Source of the DNA: Phoronis australis
Taxonomy: Eukaryota; Animalia; Phoronida
Assembly (NCBI GenBank): GCA_002633005.1
Contig: NMRA01000268.1
Span: 287,982-351,981, forward strand
DNA: 64,000 bases
Direction of reading: 5' to 3'
Shown: positions 12,961-26,127 of the stretch, in pieces
Layout of the letters: every line of letters starts with the position of its first letter
Numbering within the stretch: position 1 is the stretch's first letter
Translations under genes and position numbers: made by a program
The notes under the pieces: model-generated
Seen by the model: only the letters and a program-made list of their open reading frames with translations
Told to the model about the DNA's origin: nothing
Databases searched by the model: none

Positions 12961-15900
12961 ATTAGACCGTGCTGTTCGACTTCCGACTGTCACATTGAAC
13001 TTGCACACCTGACATCAACTTGGGTGCTTATGAAACTTTTTATTTTAAAAACGTCCTGGCCTTTGCAAATGCCCTTGTCAGTGGCTAAAATCTCCCGACG
13101 ACGTGTTCGGATTTTATCCTTGACGCGATGAGAAATATTTTTGTTTAGGTCCCCATACACAATACAGCCAAGCCTGTCCGTCAGATATCGCGCGTTCAAA
13201 GTAGTGTAGATAGTGAACAGCAGTAGCCGAAAGAAACGGGGGCCAAAGAAAAGCTGGTTACAAAGCAAACACAATTAAGTCGCACACCGCGTGAGTCCGA
13301 CCGAGGCTGCATCGTGCACGGGAGATTTTAAGTTTCTTCCTCTTCAGTCGATTAACTATCGTCGGACAATAAGTTTTGACACCGGGACCCCTTGGCACTC
13401 TCTGTCTGCGGCGACTAAGAAAATCCTCCACTAATTTTGAAAAATGCCGACAAGTCAGTTGAATCAGATTTGGTATAGTCGTTGCTTCTTGTGGTTTTAC
13501 GGGTAGGTTAACAAGAATACAGGACCCGCAGTCCGATGCAACGGGCCTGGAACCTGATAGGTGTTTACAACCCTTAGTTCCATATATAATTTCTACAGAA
13601 CCTTGTCTTTTTGTCCATGTCACCGCCTTCAGTTGATAATTTTGAGACAAAAAAAGAAATGTGATCTTAAACTAAAAAATGTGGTTTTTGTATTACCTAA
13701 GGTAGTTTTAGGAGCATTTCAGCTGTAAGTATATTTAATTGTGTTTGATTCGAAAGAGATGACAGTTACATTGCTAATTATTATTGTTCTATTTTTACCT
13801 GAGGTGATGCGTAACCTGCAGCAAGGGTAAACAATTTTGGAAAGTATTACCAGCGATTTCCGTATATAAGTTTGGGAAACCAAAAGTCGGAAGTAAAAAT
13901 ACACCACGGCCTATACTCGGCAATGCCGAATACACGAACAAAGTATAAATACTGTAACTCGCCCTAAATATATCCTAGTGAGAACAGCATTATTTTTAGA
14001 TTTCAAACATGAATTTTTATTCTCAGATATGCATCCCAGGAATATTTTTGGGAAAAAAATTTAAGATACGCGAACTGTGGATATATTCTGCTGGACTTAA
14101 ATTCGAAAATCTACGGTGGATCTTCCTAAACCTGTAAACCATGAAAAATTCATTGAGACAGTTTTGTTCAACTAACATGTTCAACTAGCATGCCGTTCTT
14201 GCAAGTCGGTCAGAGCGTTCGCGTTGAAGGCGTTATTGCAACAGGTAAGTGTTGTTTTGATTTTTGTTTGGTGTTTCCATATTTTATTTTGTTATGTATT
14301 CCAATCTTCATATAGTCATTGTTCTTCTTCAGAAGAAACAGCCCTGTTATGATTATCAGTTTTATTTCATCCACAAACAGATTTCACAAGAGTTTTCACC
14401 GTCAGCAGTTAAGCTTGTGGTTAAAAACGTAAGCGAAACCCTGATGTGTTAGATCATCTCAGTTTCATGAAGACGCGCCAGTGTGTCACTGAGTTGACAT
14501 TGAGTGTTTCAAAGGCTGTGGATGAGAAAGGTTTCAATTGTAAAAAACGGTTGAGTGAATTTGATGTTGGTAGCATTTGAAATTGCATTCACTTTCTAGA
14601 CCACGCTCTTCTATATACAATATGTTAGTTAATCGTGCTCTTCAGCCGCGCAGCACTGTACGAGTCGACACATTCCCATCATTTGCAGTAGGCCTAAACA
14701 TGTAGAATGACAGTGATCCAGAGTCTGATGCGCTTCTTCAACAGATGACAACCACCAGAGCGACGAATGGGGATCATGAGTGGAAGAGAAACTACTCATT
14801 TAACTATCATGATTATCTTTGCACTCTATTTTGGTTAATTGTTCATTCGACGTTTTCATGTTGAAACTGAGCTTTCAGTTAATATGCAAATAAAGGTGTC
14901 ATAGTTAACTTGCGTTTCGGTTTGTAACTGGCAGACAATGCACGGATGCGTTTAACAAATATACATATATACCCTGTTCTCGTCATTGTTCGTCACTTTC
15001 TTCACTGAACTCGTTCCCACATCCATTACTGTTACGTTTAATGCAAAATTCGTTAAAATTGAGAAAGCGCATGTTTTGATGGTCAGGAACCCTCTTTGTG
15101 CGTCGAATACGCAAGTCCAGCTTTTTAATGGGAAACCACATTGAAAAAAGCCCTTATCAGGGCACTCTTTGTGCGTTGACAATGCAAACTCCACATTTTT
15201 ATTGAGAAGACACATTTTTACAAAAGAGAATCAGTTGTCTGGAACGTTTCATGTGTGTCAACAACGCAAACCAGACTGTCCTTGAAAAGCCCATGTTTGT
15301 CACCAGGAACACTCTTGTTTTTCACAACACACCCTGATATTTCAAATGAGCACATTTTTGAAAGAAATTCCGTCACTTGCCGAGAAAAGTTTTTGAGTAT
15401 CGGCAATGCAAGCCGAATATTTCATATTTTTCAGGGCTTGGAATGACCAATGACAAAAAAAGCGGAAACTTTTACGGCACAAAACATGAGCCTTGAAATA
15501 GTCGATGTGAACCTTTCGCCGACAAAAATCGAGTGGACTAAAAAAAAAAAAACCACCATCAGTAGCACACACATCTGCGTCTTTTTAGCTTGACCGTCCA
15601 CTCCCACCCCACGCATCCACACGATTTTGGCTACAGAGCCGCAGTATTTTGTCACACGAGACGCCATTGAAAATCCCACCACGCTATTCCAGATGCCCAG
15701 GCAATGTTGACAATTTACGTTCCTCAGAAACATAAAGAGCAACTTCCGCTTTTCGAGGTGAACGTCGCCGGCAACGTCGCGGTAAGAAAGGAATTTGCCG
15801 CGGAAATTTTAAATCAAATCCGATTTTTTTTACGTGGAAATATAATAAAATGCGTGGACAGAACATTTGAAATTAGCGGAAATCCGCGTTTCCGTGGAAA

Positions 15901-16419
15901 ATTCCAAGCCTTGATTTTTGAAAAAAGAACCAAAACTTGTCGGGAATGTTCTTTGTGCATCGACAACGCACATTTCTTATTGGGAAAGCCAGTTTTTCAA
16001 AAATTAATGGCGCAGACCGTTTAGTCCCGTTGACCAACACTTATACTGCTATCAAATGGCTGATACTACGACTGCTCAGCAAAATAATGTACACTTATGA
16101 AATTCGGACACGAGTTGAAACCCAAATTTGGAGGTCCGCCAAATTCGGACACCACAAAAATGATGTTTCGCGAGATTCGTCCAAGAATGAATTTTTTCTA
16201 TTGAAATTAATTTTTAGAGTCCGAAAATCACGCGACTTTACCACACATACACCGAATTGCTCATAAAATATTAACCTGCACATGTCAAAATTGAATACAA
16301 CACAAATATATGAGTAGGGTATATATAAAATTGCCAGTTTGTCGCCTAAAGTCACGATGTCGATGACGCCGTCCATTCGTAATTCATCGGTAATTTCCGT
16401 ACCGTCCTTGACCTAAGAT

Positions 16420-18157
16420 AGGGTGAGCAAACCAATATGGCGGAAATTCAGCAAGAGCGAAATTTTGCCATTTTTCATGATTTTCACAAGCTCATATCTA
16501 TTAGCATACTAAGTGGTGGAAAATGAAAAGTATGCCAGTGAAATATTTAATTTTTCTTCTTTCTATTGATATCCATTACAAAATATTTGGCCACTTATGA
16601 GTATTTTTAAAAATTGAAGTAAAGCGAGCACCTCACACATTTTCCACTCACCGGTAAATTCTTGTGACTTTCAGTAGGGGTCAAACTTTCAGCTGTTAAA
16701 TGGCTGTTACTGAACCGATTTTAATGATATTTATATCAAACTGTTTGCTACAAAATTCTGCTTTCAACCCTGAGTGTACACTTTTTATTTTTTTGACAAA
16801 AATATGAAAAAATCTACTTTTTTTAATTTAATGCCTCGCCACTCTCTCACCTGGAAAAATCCTAAAAGTGTACACTCAATGTCATTATCACTTATCATGT
16901 CCTAATCCATTCCTGATCAAATTTTTTCACTTTATCTCACCATTTCCATTTAGGAACACTTCTAAAAAGGTAACTTCAGTCATTTTTCAAGAACCATGTT
17001 GACCTTTGCAGGGTTCAAACTAAACTCGAACCTGATTGGTCAAATGCATTCAACAGAACCAGTCAAAACTTCTCTAAATTACAAAAAGTGGCCCAAACCT
17101 GGTAAAATATTTTCTTTAAATATAATATAGAATACTTTTAAAATTTAATTTACTTCAATTTTGGGGATAGAGTCATTTTTTTCTATTTTCTTCAAAAATA
17201 TTTTCTGTTACACTTTTACTATCTCGTGGGGGCGCTGTGATCAGTTTCATTTTTAAAAAGTTACATATTTCACGAAAATAAATCTTCAGTCACCGCTGCA
17301 GTGCATCAAAACATTTTAGAATACAAATATGCTCTTTTTGGATAGTCACCAACACAACACCTCTCAGTTTCTATATTATTTGACAGGAATGAAATTGATT
17401 TAAAATTCGTTGAAATTTTAGGGTCCAATTTAATTTTGTTTAATTAAAAATGCATATTATCATTTTTTGTCATTTGGAGTGCAACTTAAGATTGTGAAAA
17501 CATTGATCTTACTTGGGAAAAAAGATTAATATACATAACCTCATAAATAACGAAATACTCTGAAAAAGACTAGTTTTCTGGTTTTTGCTCATTTTGAATT
17601 CATTTGCTATGCAAATTTCATTTTTTAGAATTATTTCAAAATCTTTTGGAGCAAGAGAAACATGTTCACTAAACCATAGTAATTCTTGAAATGTTTTGTC
17701 ATTTTCAAGGTAATAAGTTGCTCTCTTTTTAAAACATCACTTGTTCAACTTAGCTTCAGGGGCAAAAATGTCCTGTCACAATTAAAAAAAAAGTCGATGG
17801 TGAATTTTTCAATTTTTGTTGTTCTTGTTCGTGCAAAATATAATAATTTGTGGTTTGGTGTTTATGCCATGTTGTTAACCTACTTGCAAAGGACTCTCCA
17901 TCTTGTTTAAAGAACACTGTGAGCTATGAATTCCCAAATATAGTTGTCTAAACTTGCCATTTTCTGTGGCCTGAAATTTCTGGGTGCCGTTTGCTGAAAA
18001 AAAGGCCATTTTTGAGGCTCTAAAATTCAAATAACTCGGGAACCACCGAACCGATTTGAAAAATTCAAAAAGTTGTATAAACGGCATATCTAAAGCTATC
18101 ATTTAACACTCTTTTCAAGTGTTTCTGATGAAATTTGTATTTGAGTTTGCTCACCCT
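16420..18157. mobile_element. Non-autonomous DNA transposon with short TIRs
   Basis: 13-bp perfect TIR AGGGTGAGCAAAC; ACCTAAGAT duplicated at 16411-16419 and 18158-18166; AT-rich non-coding interior. Confidence 0.85.
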
Positions 18158-18276
18158 ACCTAAGATGGAAGTGTGTTTGGGCTTTTTGTGAACATTTTTG
18201 TTCTTTGACTGCGAATTTCTTATGAAGTCGCCGGAACAGGACACCGTGAAGAAGAAAGAACAATTGCCAATGGTTT

Positions 18277-18428
18277 TGTTGTAGATGTGCTTCCGGTGAA
18301 TTATATGAGCCTCTGTTAGCTACTCGCTAACGGGCAATTGCCTATTAGCTGAATGGTTAGCACGCTTGCCGGTTTTATGGGGGTCGCGGGTTCGATCCCC
18401 GAGTCGGGTGATCTCCGCTATTACTACA
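18277..18428 (+). mobile_element. Solo LTR of the tRNA-like TRIM
   Basis: 152 bp, TGTTGTAG...TACTACA, reverse complement of the array LTRs; 4-bp TSD GTTT on both sides. Confidence 0.92.
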
Positions 18429-18596
18429 GTTTGTTGAAACCTTGTTTTGTGTAAACTTATTGAGTTTTATGTTAGCTATGGAGGGCTGAAATGAAGCACC
18501 CGTGGAATTTCTAGTCGGGAGTGTCATACCTTGTAGTATTATATGTAGTGTATTGGGGACGATCAGAAGCTGAGGAGGCCTGTGCCTTGCCCGGCC

Positions 18597-18672
18597 CTTG
18601 CCGGTTTTATGGCCATGGCCATGGGGGTCGCTGGTTCGATACCCGTGTCGGGTAATCTCGGCTATTACTACA
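18597..18672 (+). mobile_element. Degenerate 3' half LTR of the same TRIM
   Basis: cttgccggttttatgg...ggttcgatacccgtgtcgggtaatctcggctattactaca matches the LTR 3' half with a small insertion. Confidence 0.8.
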
Positions 18673-19173
18673 CAGTTTTGACAATCTCCATAAGATCGGC
18701 CCTTCATTTTCACTTGAATTAATAACTTGAATTTTTTACTTAATCGTTTAACTTACCAGTTAAGCTTCGATTAGACCCAGTCTTTGTCTTCATCAACTTA
18801 AAAAGTGCATCGTAGACTGTGCACACAAATGAAACACCGGAAACAAATTCATCATAAAAAACTAAAATAGTTTTCGTCAGCTCAGCTTTATTTAAAAAAT
18901 AACTCTTTAAATTATCCATAATACCAAAAAATATACAAATAAGCATAAAATATAATAAAAAGTACTTCTTTGAAGATAATTAACAAAACATTCGAAAGGA
19001 TTCAAATTACGGCTGTGTTTACAATGGTAAAAGGTCAAGTTGTGGCTTCTACGTGCACTGGATGCACTCGGTCAGTTTAACATTGAGCAGTGACCACGGC
19101 GTGCTTTCGGGTAGCAGCTTCCTTTGTTGGAGGGACGCGCAACAGCAGTCTCCTCTTGATTCCTATTAACTCG

Positions 19174-19251
19174 ATGGCTACCGTTCCACGAAGTATCATC
19201 GATGCTGGGAAGAAAGCTGCAGCGTACGCTGCAGTAAATGATCACATTAAG
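19174..19251 (+). CDS. RPIA: Ribose-5-phosphate isomerase A exon 1
   Basis: MATVPRSIIDAGKKAAAYAAVNDHIK (KKxAAxxAV motif); donor AAG|gtactg, phase 0. Confidence 0.88.
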
Positions 19252-22000
19252 GTACTGTCTGTAGGCCTACTGTGTAGTGTGCATGCTGTATGGTACTGTA
19301 TTTAGGGAGAACAACATTTTTCAAAAATTTTAGAAAATGTGCATGTAATATACATCACGAGAAAGCTCTCTACAAGACTAAAAGAACGGTGCAAAAAATT
19401 TTTAAATCGGACTTACGGTTCCGGAGAAAATGGTGTTTTTGTGTCAAATTTTTTGGTAAAAATTCTGTCAAATCAAATTTGTGAGTTTGAAATATAATGG
19501 TTACAAATCTACGTAACCTAGACAGACATGTTATACATCATTTCAAAGAAAATTTTATGATGAATAATTTGCAAAAAAGAACATTCCGATTGGACATTCC
19601 TGTGCGAAGATATTGACCTTAAAGTCAACAAAGTCGACGAAGAAAAGTCATTACGTTCAATTTTGTCGTTTCAAATTGGCATAAAATAACAATCACTCAA
19701 GAAAAAAAAATAAGCTAGTATCATTTCAAGATTTTTCATCAGGGAAGTTGAAATCTGATAATTGGTTTGGGCAAATTATTAATATTATTTTGTGACTTTT
19801 TTGTTGACATGCAGTTTGCGACTTACTTAACTTTGTCAAAATGCATTACTTAAAAAAATTAAAGATAAACAACATCATTTCAAATATGTATTGATGAAAA
19901 GTATGATAAACAAAAATTTTAATACAAGCTTCATACAGTAAATAGAAATTAAACATACTTTCCACAACAATGTAACAAAATGTAGACCTTGTCTTGAGCC
20001 ATGCAGGAAAGTTCATGCTATGCCGGAAACGACAACTGCAATATTATTTCCAAAGTTGTCTTGATATGAACACATAAAGGTATGTATGATGGGCAGATAA
20101 ATAAAGTTCTCAAGGCATCCTCAAGGAAGGAAGGTCAAACCTTTTCACTGATTATTGACAGTGAGTACCTTCAAGTAAACAGACAGTCAGTGGAGTTCCT
20201 TACACAGACTTGTGGCCTCTTCAAGGGGCCAAACCCTTTCACTGACTATCGAAAGTCAGTGGAGTGCCTTACAGACTTATGGCATTCTCAAGGAAGGGGG
20301 GGGCAAACACTTTCACTAAGTCAGTGGAGTACTTCACAGAGTTGTATCATCCTCCAGGAAGGGGGCTGTTAAGTCAGTGGAATACCAATACACAATATGG
20401 AGCACGCCAGCACTTCGAGGTCCTCTTGACCAAAATCGTCCATCACCCGAAAGGTGCGCACAGCCTCATCTTCATCGTAGTGGGTATTGAGCCAAACTCA
20501 CTTGCTGACTGCAAGTAGAATCGGTAGAAGCAGGACAGAAGAAGGATCTGGACCAAGAGCTAGCCTGGTCTGATGAGACAGAAATGCGAGCTGAGACATG
20601 ATGATATGTATTATAGTAAACTGACAAATAGGAATGAAATTATCAGAAAAAATGATGAAGAAAATAACAACTGGTTTGGTCCACAGCATTTTCCAACAAA
20701 GGTTACGTGAAAGATATAGGCCAGGCTGAGATATATAACAATCTAGACGAACCTCTGAATTGTTTTGTAAAAACTATATTCATGGTAAAAAAATATTGAT
20801 AGCATGTATAGTTTTTCATGGTAGTAAACATACAGTTTTGGTTGAAAACACAGCACTGGAGTAGAAATGCACAGTTGTAATATTTGTTTACTCTAAAATT
20901 AAAATGTTTTCATTTTCTATCTTGACATATGCTGGCTAAACTGTCTTTGCCAGTATGGGTGGTCCTGTCTGGCCACAAGTCAGGTCTTAGTGGCCTGACC
21001 TACAAAAATGTGAGGCAAAAATAGGAAAAAAGAACCTTAAATAAGAGATTCATTGTTCTCACAACGAGAAATTACTTTTTGGGTCTCTTTTACATTAACT
21101 TTTCAACAGGAAAAGTTGAAATGCTTTAGTTTGGGAACCAAAAATTCGCCGCGATTCGAAGGAGCACCCCTAGCGGCAGTACCCGGAACTACGAAGTGAG
21201 TCAGAAATACGCCCGATTGTCAGAAATCGACGAAGGGCCCGTTTGCAACAAGTGTTTGAAATAGTTCATTGATGAACCCTTTAGTGCGCAATACGATTCA
21301 TTATGTGCGCAAATTAGGAAATGTACCAATTAATTCAGATCAAAGTTGAAGGTCGTGGGAACTGGCAACTTTTTCAACTTTTAAGACGACGAAAGTGAAA
21401 ACTACTTACGTAATAACGTGCGCAAGGGTTTCCTCTACAAGTTCATGAAGTTTCACGCCAAAATTCGAGAGTTTAGTCTTCTCCTGAGTTGAAAATCAAA
21501 TACCAGTTGTTTTTACCGGCGACCATTTTGCTTTGAAATGTCGGTCACGTTGCTGCAAAAAACTCGTGCAAAGTATTATTAAACGGATTTTGCGACGAAA
21601 AAAGACTAACATTTAAGTAAAATAACGTACTATTTCATACTTTGTATTAATTTTTATTCACATTTATTGCATTTTTGAGTGATTTTTTGCCGATTGTAAT
21701 GTGCAAATTTTACACGGTGACAGATACGCGAAGCGATTTGGTGACGTATGTTGTCCTCGCTACTGTATTATGTCTGTGGTGTCCCATTGCCATATTGTTT
21801 TTCACCTGTCTTTGGCCTGAGCAAAAAACTGAAATGTTCAGACAGTCATCCAGTTGAGTTATGAGTTTCACCCATCTATCAATGGCGTGAATTTTAATTT
21901 TTAAGCCTGTAAATAACGTAGAAAAAAATCCGAAACTTAAAAAGAGGCGATCCAGATCCTCAGTCTAAAGAATACACTAGTGTTTCGAAAAGTAGAATAA

Positions 22001-22284
22001 ATATACGTAAATAAAACAACAAAAATGGATCACTGAAATTTTCGGATATATAACATTCTTCGTGTACAGAAACCTTGAAACTATTGGATTGAACATAAAG
22101 ACTTCTTAAATTATATCTTTACTTTTTTCCACAACAATGACAATGTATCATGCTCATTACACCATATATCAGATGTCAATTGTCATATAGTGTTTGATTT
22201 TACTTTATTTCTCTTTCTGTTGACGAAGGATGTTATTACATCTGAAAATTTCAGTGATCCATTTTTTTGTTTATTTACGTATAT
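22001..22284. repeat. Inverted repeat with about 65-bp arms
   Basis: atatacgtaaataaa..aaaaatggatcactgaaattttc pairs with gaaaatttcagtgatccattttt..tttatttacgtatat. Confidence 0.7.
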
Positions 22285-23263
22285 TAAGCCTGTAAACTAA
22301 TGCTAAAAGTGTGAGGGTTTCTTTTGTACTTTGTAGCACATATTACACTTGCAGTATAAATGGAAGCAAGACTCTTCTGCTCAGCAGAGATGATGGAGCT
22401 TCTATAGGAGCTTCATACACCGAAAGTTTTTTGGCAAATTATCCACTGACTAAAGCATCAAAGCCGCGTAATTGTTATTAATGCCTTTTGCGCATAGATA
22501 GACACCATAGGAGGTCGTTGAAGTATTTAATTCCTTTCAAGTTGAACAAATGCTCTTGTTATCAGACTTTTTCTTCGAGCAGTCCCTTGTTCAGTTCCAA
22601 AAACCGGTAACTCGCCATTTTCACACTGCACATGGGTATAAGTACGTCATGCCACCGGCCGGGCGCAGTGTGGTTGCTGACACGAACCCCTGGACACTTT
22701 CCATGGAGCAAATGGTGGTGATAATTAAGGCTTCAACTGTGCAGGTAGGCAGCTCGCATTGCCTTTCTGCTGCTGCTTACCAGAGGACAAAGCAGGCTCG
22801 TATTTATGCATATATGGGATAAATGGACAATAATCCTTATGGCAGTTTTATTTGTAATAACAGCAAATTCGTGGAATGCTGAAGCCAAGAAAACATTTAG
22901 TACAGTAGTTTTTGATATAAACTGGACGAGGTTAAAAGAGGCCTGAACTACATGTTTCAGCATTTTAATATGAATTTTGAAAGTATAAAGGTTGGTTACT
23001 GGCATCCATGTACAGCACACATCACGAATTTTTGGCCGACCGGTCGGAAATTGGTCGACGACCGGCCGTCGACCGGTCGTCTAGCCGCCCAGCAGCCGAC
23101 AAACAACGGTCGGCTAGGAGCCGTCTGCTGNCAAGCGCTGTACAGCACAAAGAGATATAGGTCATTAGCCTTGCAAGTACGTAGTCCAGTTGACAGATCA
23201 ACATGTGCATACTCACAGCCTTTTTTGTTTTTCTTTCCTGCGACTTTGATTCATGCCAGGGCC

Positions 23264-24070
23264 TAGCCAGCCAGCTAGCTGTATGAAGACTATCTTCAAA
23301 ATACAACTAGGTACCAGTAGCACTGTGTGTTGAGGTCCGTTAGATTCCGAAATTTCACATAGCCCGGGTAGTTCTGCTCGTCACCTCGTCCCGAAAGTTA
23401 TATCAACATGTAGAGCTCTAAACCGGCAGGGGAGCGTGCAAATATCTGGGTGTCAACCGACACTCACCTTGCCCGCTGGAGCAATTTAAGTGAAAAACAA
23501 TCTAGTAAACATTATTTTATTTCATAATTCTCAGCCTTTTGTTACAAAGAAAACAGTACGCTCAACACACGCTATTTTCTAAAAATTTGCGATATCTGCC
23601 GGGAAATGATGACAGCTTCGCAGGAGCAATTTTTTATGGTATTAAAATACCAAAAACTTGTAAGGAAATGAAATCAGCTCTAGTAATTTGTTGTGACATG
23701 TACACAACTTCGAAGAACAGTTCGATCGCTTGTTATACTTGGAAGAACAACTCGGGGAACGAAACTGGCCAATAAGGCAACAGGTGGCGGTGCCGAAAGC
23801 TGACCTTAAAGAGCGCACCCAAATTTTAGCAGCAGAGTGAACGGCAGAACGTCAACTTTTTCAACACCAGTCAATAATTTAGTTTACTCAAGGAACAGTG
23901 TAATTTTTAATGTCACTAACTTTGTGTCAGATTTTGTTCGATCAGTTTTTACCCACGTCAGTGCCACGGCCGCTGTATATTTACTATACAGCTTGCACGG
24001 TGAGTTCTGATATAGACTTTATTCATCAATTAAATTACATTAAAAATACATGTTATTGTATTTCAGGAAC
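23264..24070 (+). repeat. Interspersed repeat, homologous to 57140-58045 in inverted orientation
   Basis: Colinear shared blocks such as gccagccagctagctgtatgaagact, gggtagttctgctcgtcacc and aataatttagtttactcaagg. Confidence 0.8.
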
Positions 24071-24316
24071 CTTTTAAAGTTGGATGAATTTTTGATCCAC
24101 AAAATCGCCACTAAATACCCTTTTCTTTTTACTAGTTTGACGTGATAGGTATTCTTCCATGCACTATGTTGAAATCGCGGCAACTAACCTTGCGCTTAAT
24201 TAAAAAAAGTAATAACGGCTAAGTGTAATGACGTCTTGTCAAACTCTAACTTAAGTTCGAGAAACTGTTTGGTGTCATGAGTCATGGGTATGCTGTTGGA
24301 ATGTTAGGAGTTCTCA

Positions 24317-26127
24317 TTTTTATGCGCCCACATATTTACATGTGGACGCATTATGCCATCATCTCCTTCCGTCCGTCCGGGGGGCGTCCGTCCATCGTCC
24401 GCTGCTCTATCTCCAAAACACTTTGACTTACGTTCATGAAATTTGGCACATATGCTCCATTCATGAATGGGACGGCATGAGCGATTTTTCGAACGGATCC
24501 GACGACCGGTGTGTCCCCTAGTGGCAATTTTAGTTTTTTACGCTTACCTTTGTATCTTCAAAAGTCCTGAATGGATTTTCATGAAATTTGGTGTGTTGGC
24601 ACCTATTAGTGAGACGACGCTATCCTGCAGTTTTCGGATGGATCCGACGTAGTTTGCGTCACCTAGTTGCCATTTTTACTGTTTTTGAGTCTGTTTTTTG
24701 CGTCCGCCCCTCTATCAACCAAACCGCTCAAAGGATGATTGTGAAAATTGGCATGTATGTGCTTACTGTAAAGAGGATGGTTGACGATGATTTTCTGATG
24801 ATTTCGACTACTGCGGCGTCTCCTAGAGGCAGTTTTGTTTTTGTTGCGCCTATGGCTGTATCTTTTTTTCACAATTAATACATTTATTACAAAAGACAAA
24901 TACATATACAAATATACACACAACACAACACAACAACGTACAGAGCTGTGCATAAAAATAACGAGAAAGCACTTCATTGTTACTTCGAAGTTAAAAAGTA
25001 CTACTTAAGTTTCTGTTCTGGCATCTGGTCAACTCTCTGGGTCCCCTCATGTTTCAAAAACACATTTCCAATCTTCCCATTTTTCGTATCATTAAATTTC
25101 CGTGTGTTTAACGAAGCACTAAGTTCTACATTAAAACACTCATTCAAAAAATTTTTAAGACATCCTAAATTAGGTTTGACGTTAGCAAATTTCCTTTTAA
25201 TAATGAAAATTTTAGTTTGTAAAAGAAACCATTTCAAAATTCTATTCTTTTCGTTTTGGAGACCAAATATTATGGTGGTTTTGTCTATTTCAAAATTTAC
25301 TTGCATTGCAGTCGTTAACCAGAGACGTACCCCATGCCAGAAAGAATTAACATGTTCACATTCAAAGAATAAGTGTTCTAGAGTTTCGGGAAAGCATGTA
25401 TATGATCTCCTAAACCGTTCGCAGGATCTTTACTTAATTTAGCAAGTGTATTTATATGATGTTGACTACGGAAGACGACGACTTTCGGACAGATCTGACT
25501 ACTGCTGTGCCCTCTAGTGTCAATTTTAGTTTTTTATGTTTAACTCAGTATCTTCAAAGGTCCTCAACAGATTTTCATAAAATTTTAAATATAGGCATCT
25601 ATTGGCGTGATGATGCTATCTTCCTGTTTTTGGATGGAATCAAGGTATTTTGCACCACCTAGTGGCCATTTTTGCTATTTTCAAATCTTGTTTTTGGCGT
25701 CCACCCCTGTATCAACCAAATCATTTGAAAATTGGCAAAAATGTTCTCAGTGTGAAGACAACCTTTGATGATGGTGAGTGACTACTGTGGCGCCTCCTAG
25801 TGGTAGTTTTGTTTTGCTCCCATAGTTGTATCTCCTAAACCCACTGCAGGATGTTTACTAAATTTAGTAAGTGTATTTATATGAAGATAACAACAGACGA
25901 CGACGACTTTCTGGTGGATTCAACGGACACTGTGCCCACTAGTGGCAATTTCATTTTATTCTGTTTTCCTTTGTTTCTCTGAAGTTCCTTGACAGATTTT
26001 TATGAAATATGGCATGTTCCTGTTTTTGGATGGATTGTATTGGCCATTTTTATGATACAAATAACCCTAAAAGCACACCATTTGCAATGCATTCGTGGGC
26101 GCATTTCAACGCTCCGCGTTGCTCTTG
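24317..26127 (+). mobile_element. HINE / DINE-1-like non-autonomous Helentron element, copy 1
   Basis: 5' TTTTATGCGCCCAC with adjacent inverted repeat, (GTCC)n microsatellite, central repeats, 3' TGGGCGCAT subTIR and CAACGC-TCC-GCGTTG stem-loop. Confidence 0.82.
24864..25404 (-). mobile_element. 5'-truncated L1/Tx1-like retrotransposon inserted in HINE copy 1
   Basis: Minus strand encodes ETLEHLFFECEHVNSFWHGVRLW...IIFG (zf-RVT-type C-terminus), then a 3' UTR with AATAAA and a short poly(A); ATCT is duplicated at the junctions. Confidence 0.72.

Noticed and set aside
12990-13650. Two minus-strand ORFs upstream of PANK
   Set aside because: No recognisable motifs or splice structure; expected by chance in a GC/CpG-richer promoter region.
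20370-20505. Protein-like minus-strand stretch VWLNTHYDEDEAVRTFRVMDDFGQEDLEVL
   Set aside because: Bounded by stops, no start or convincing splice sites, and I cannot assign a family without a search.
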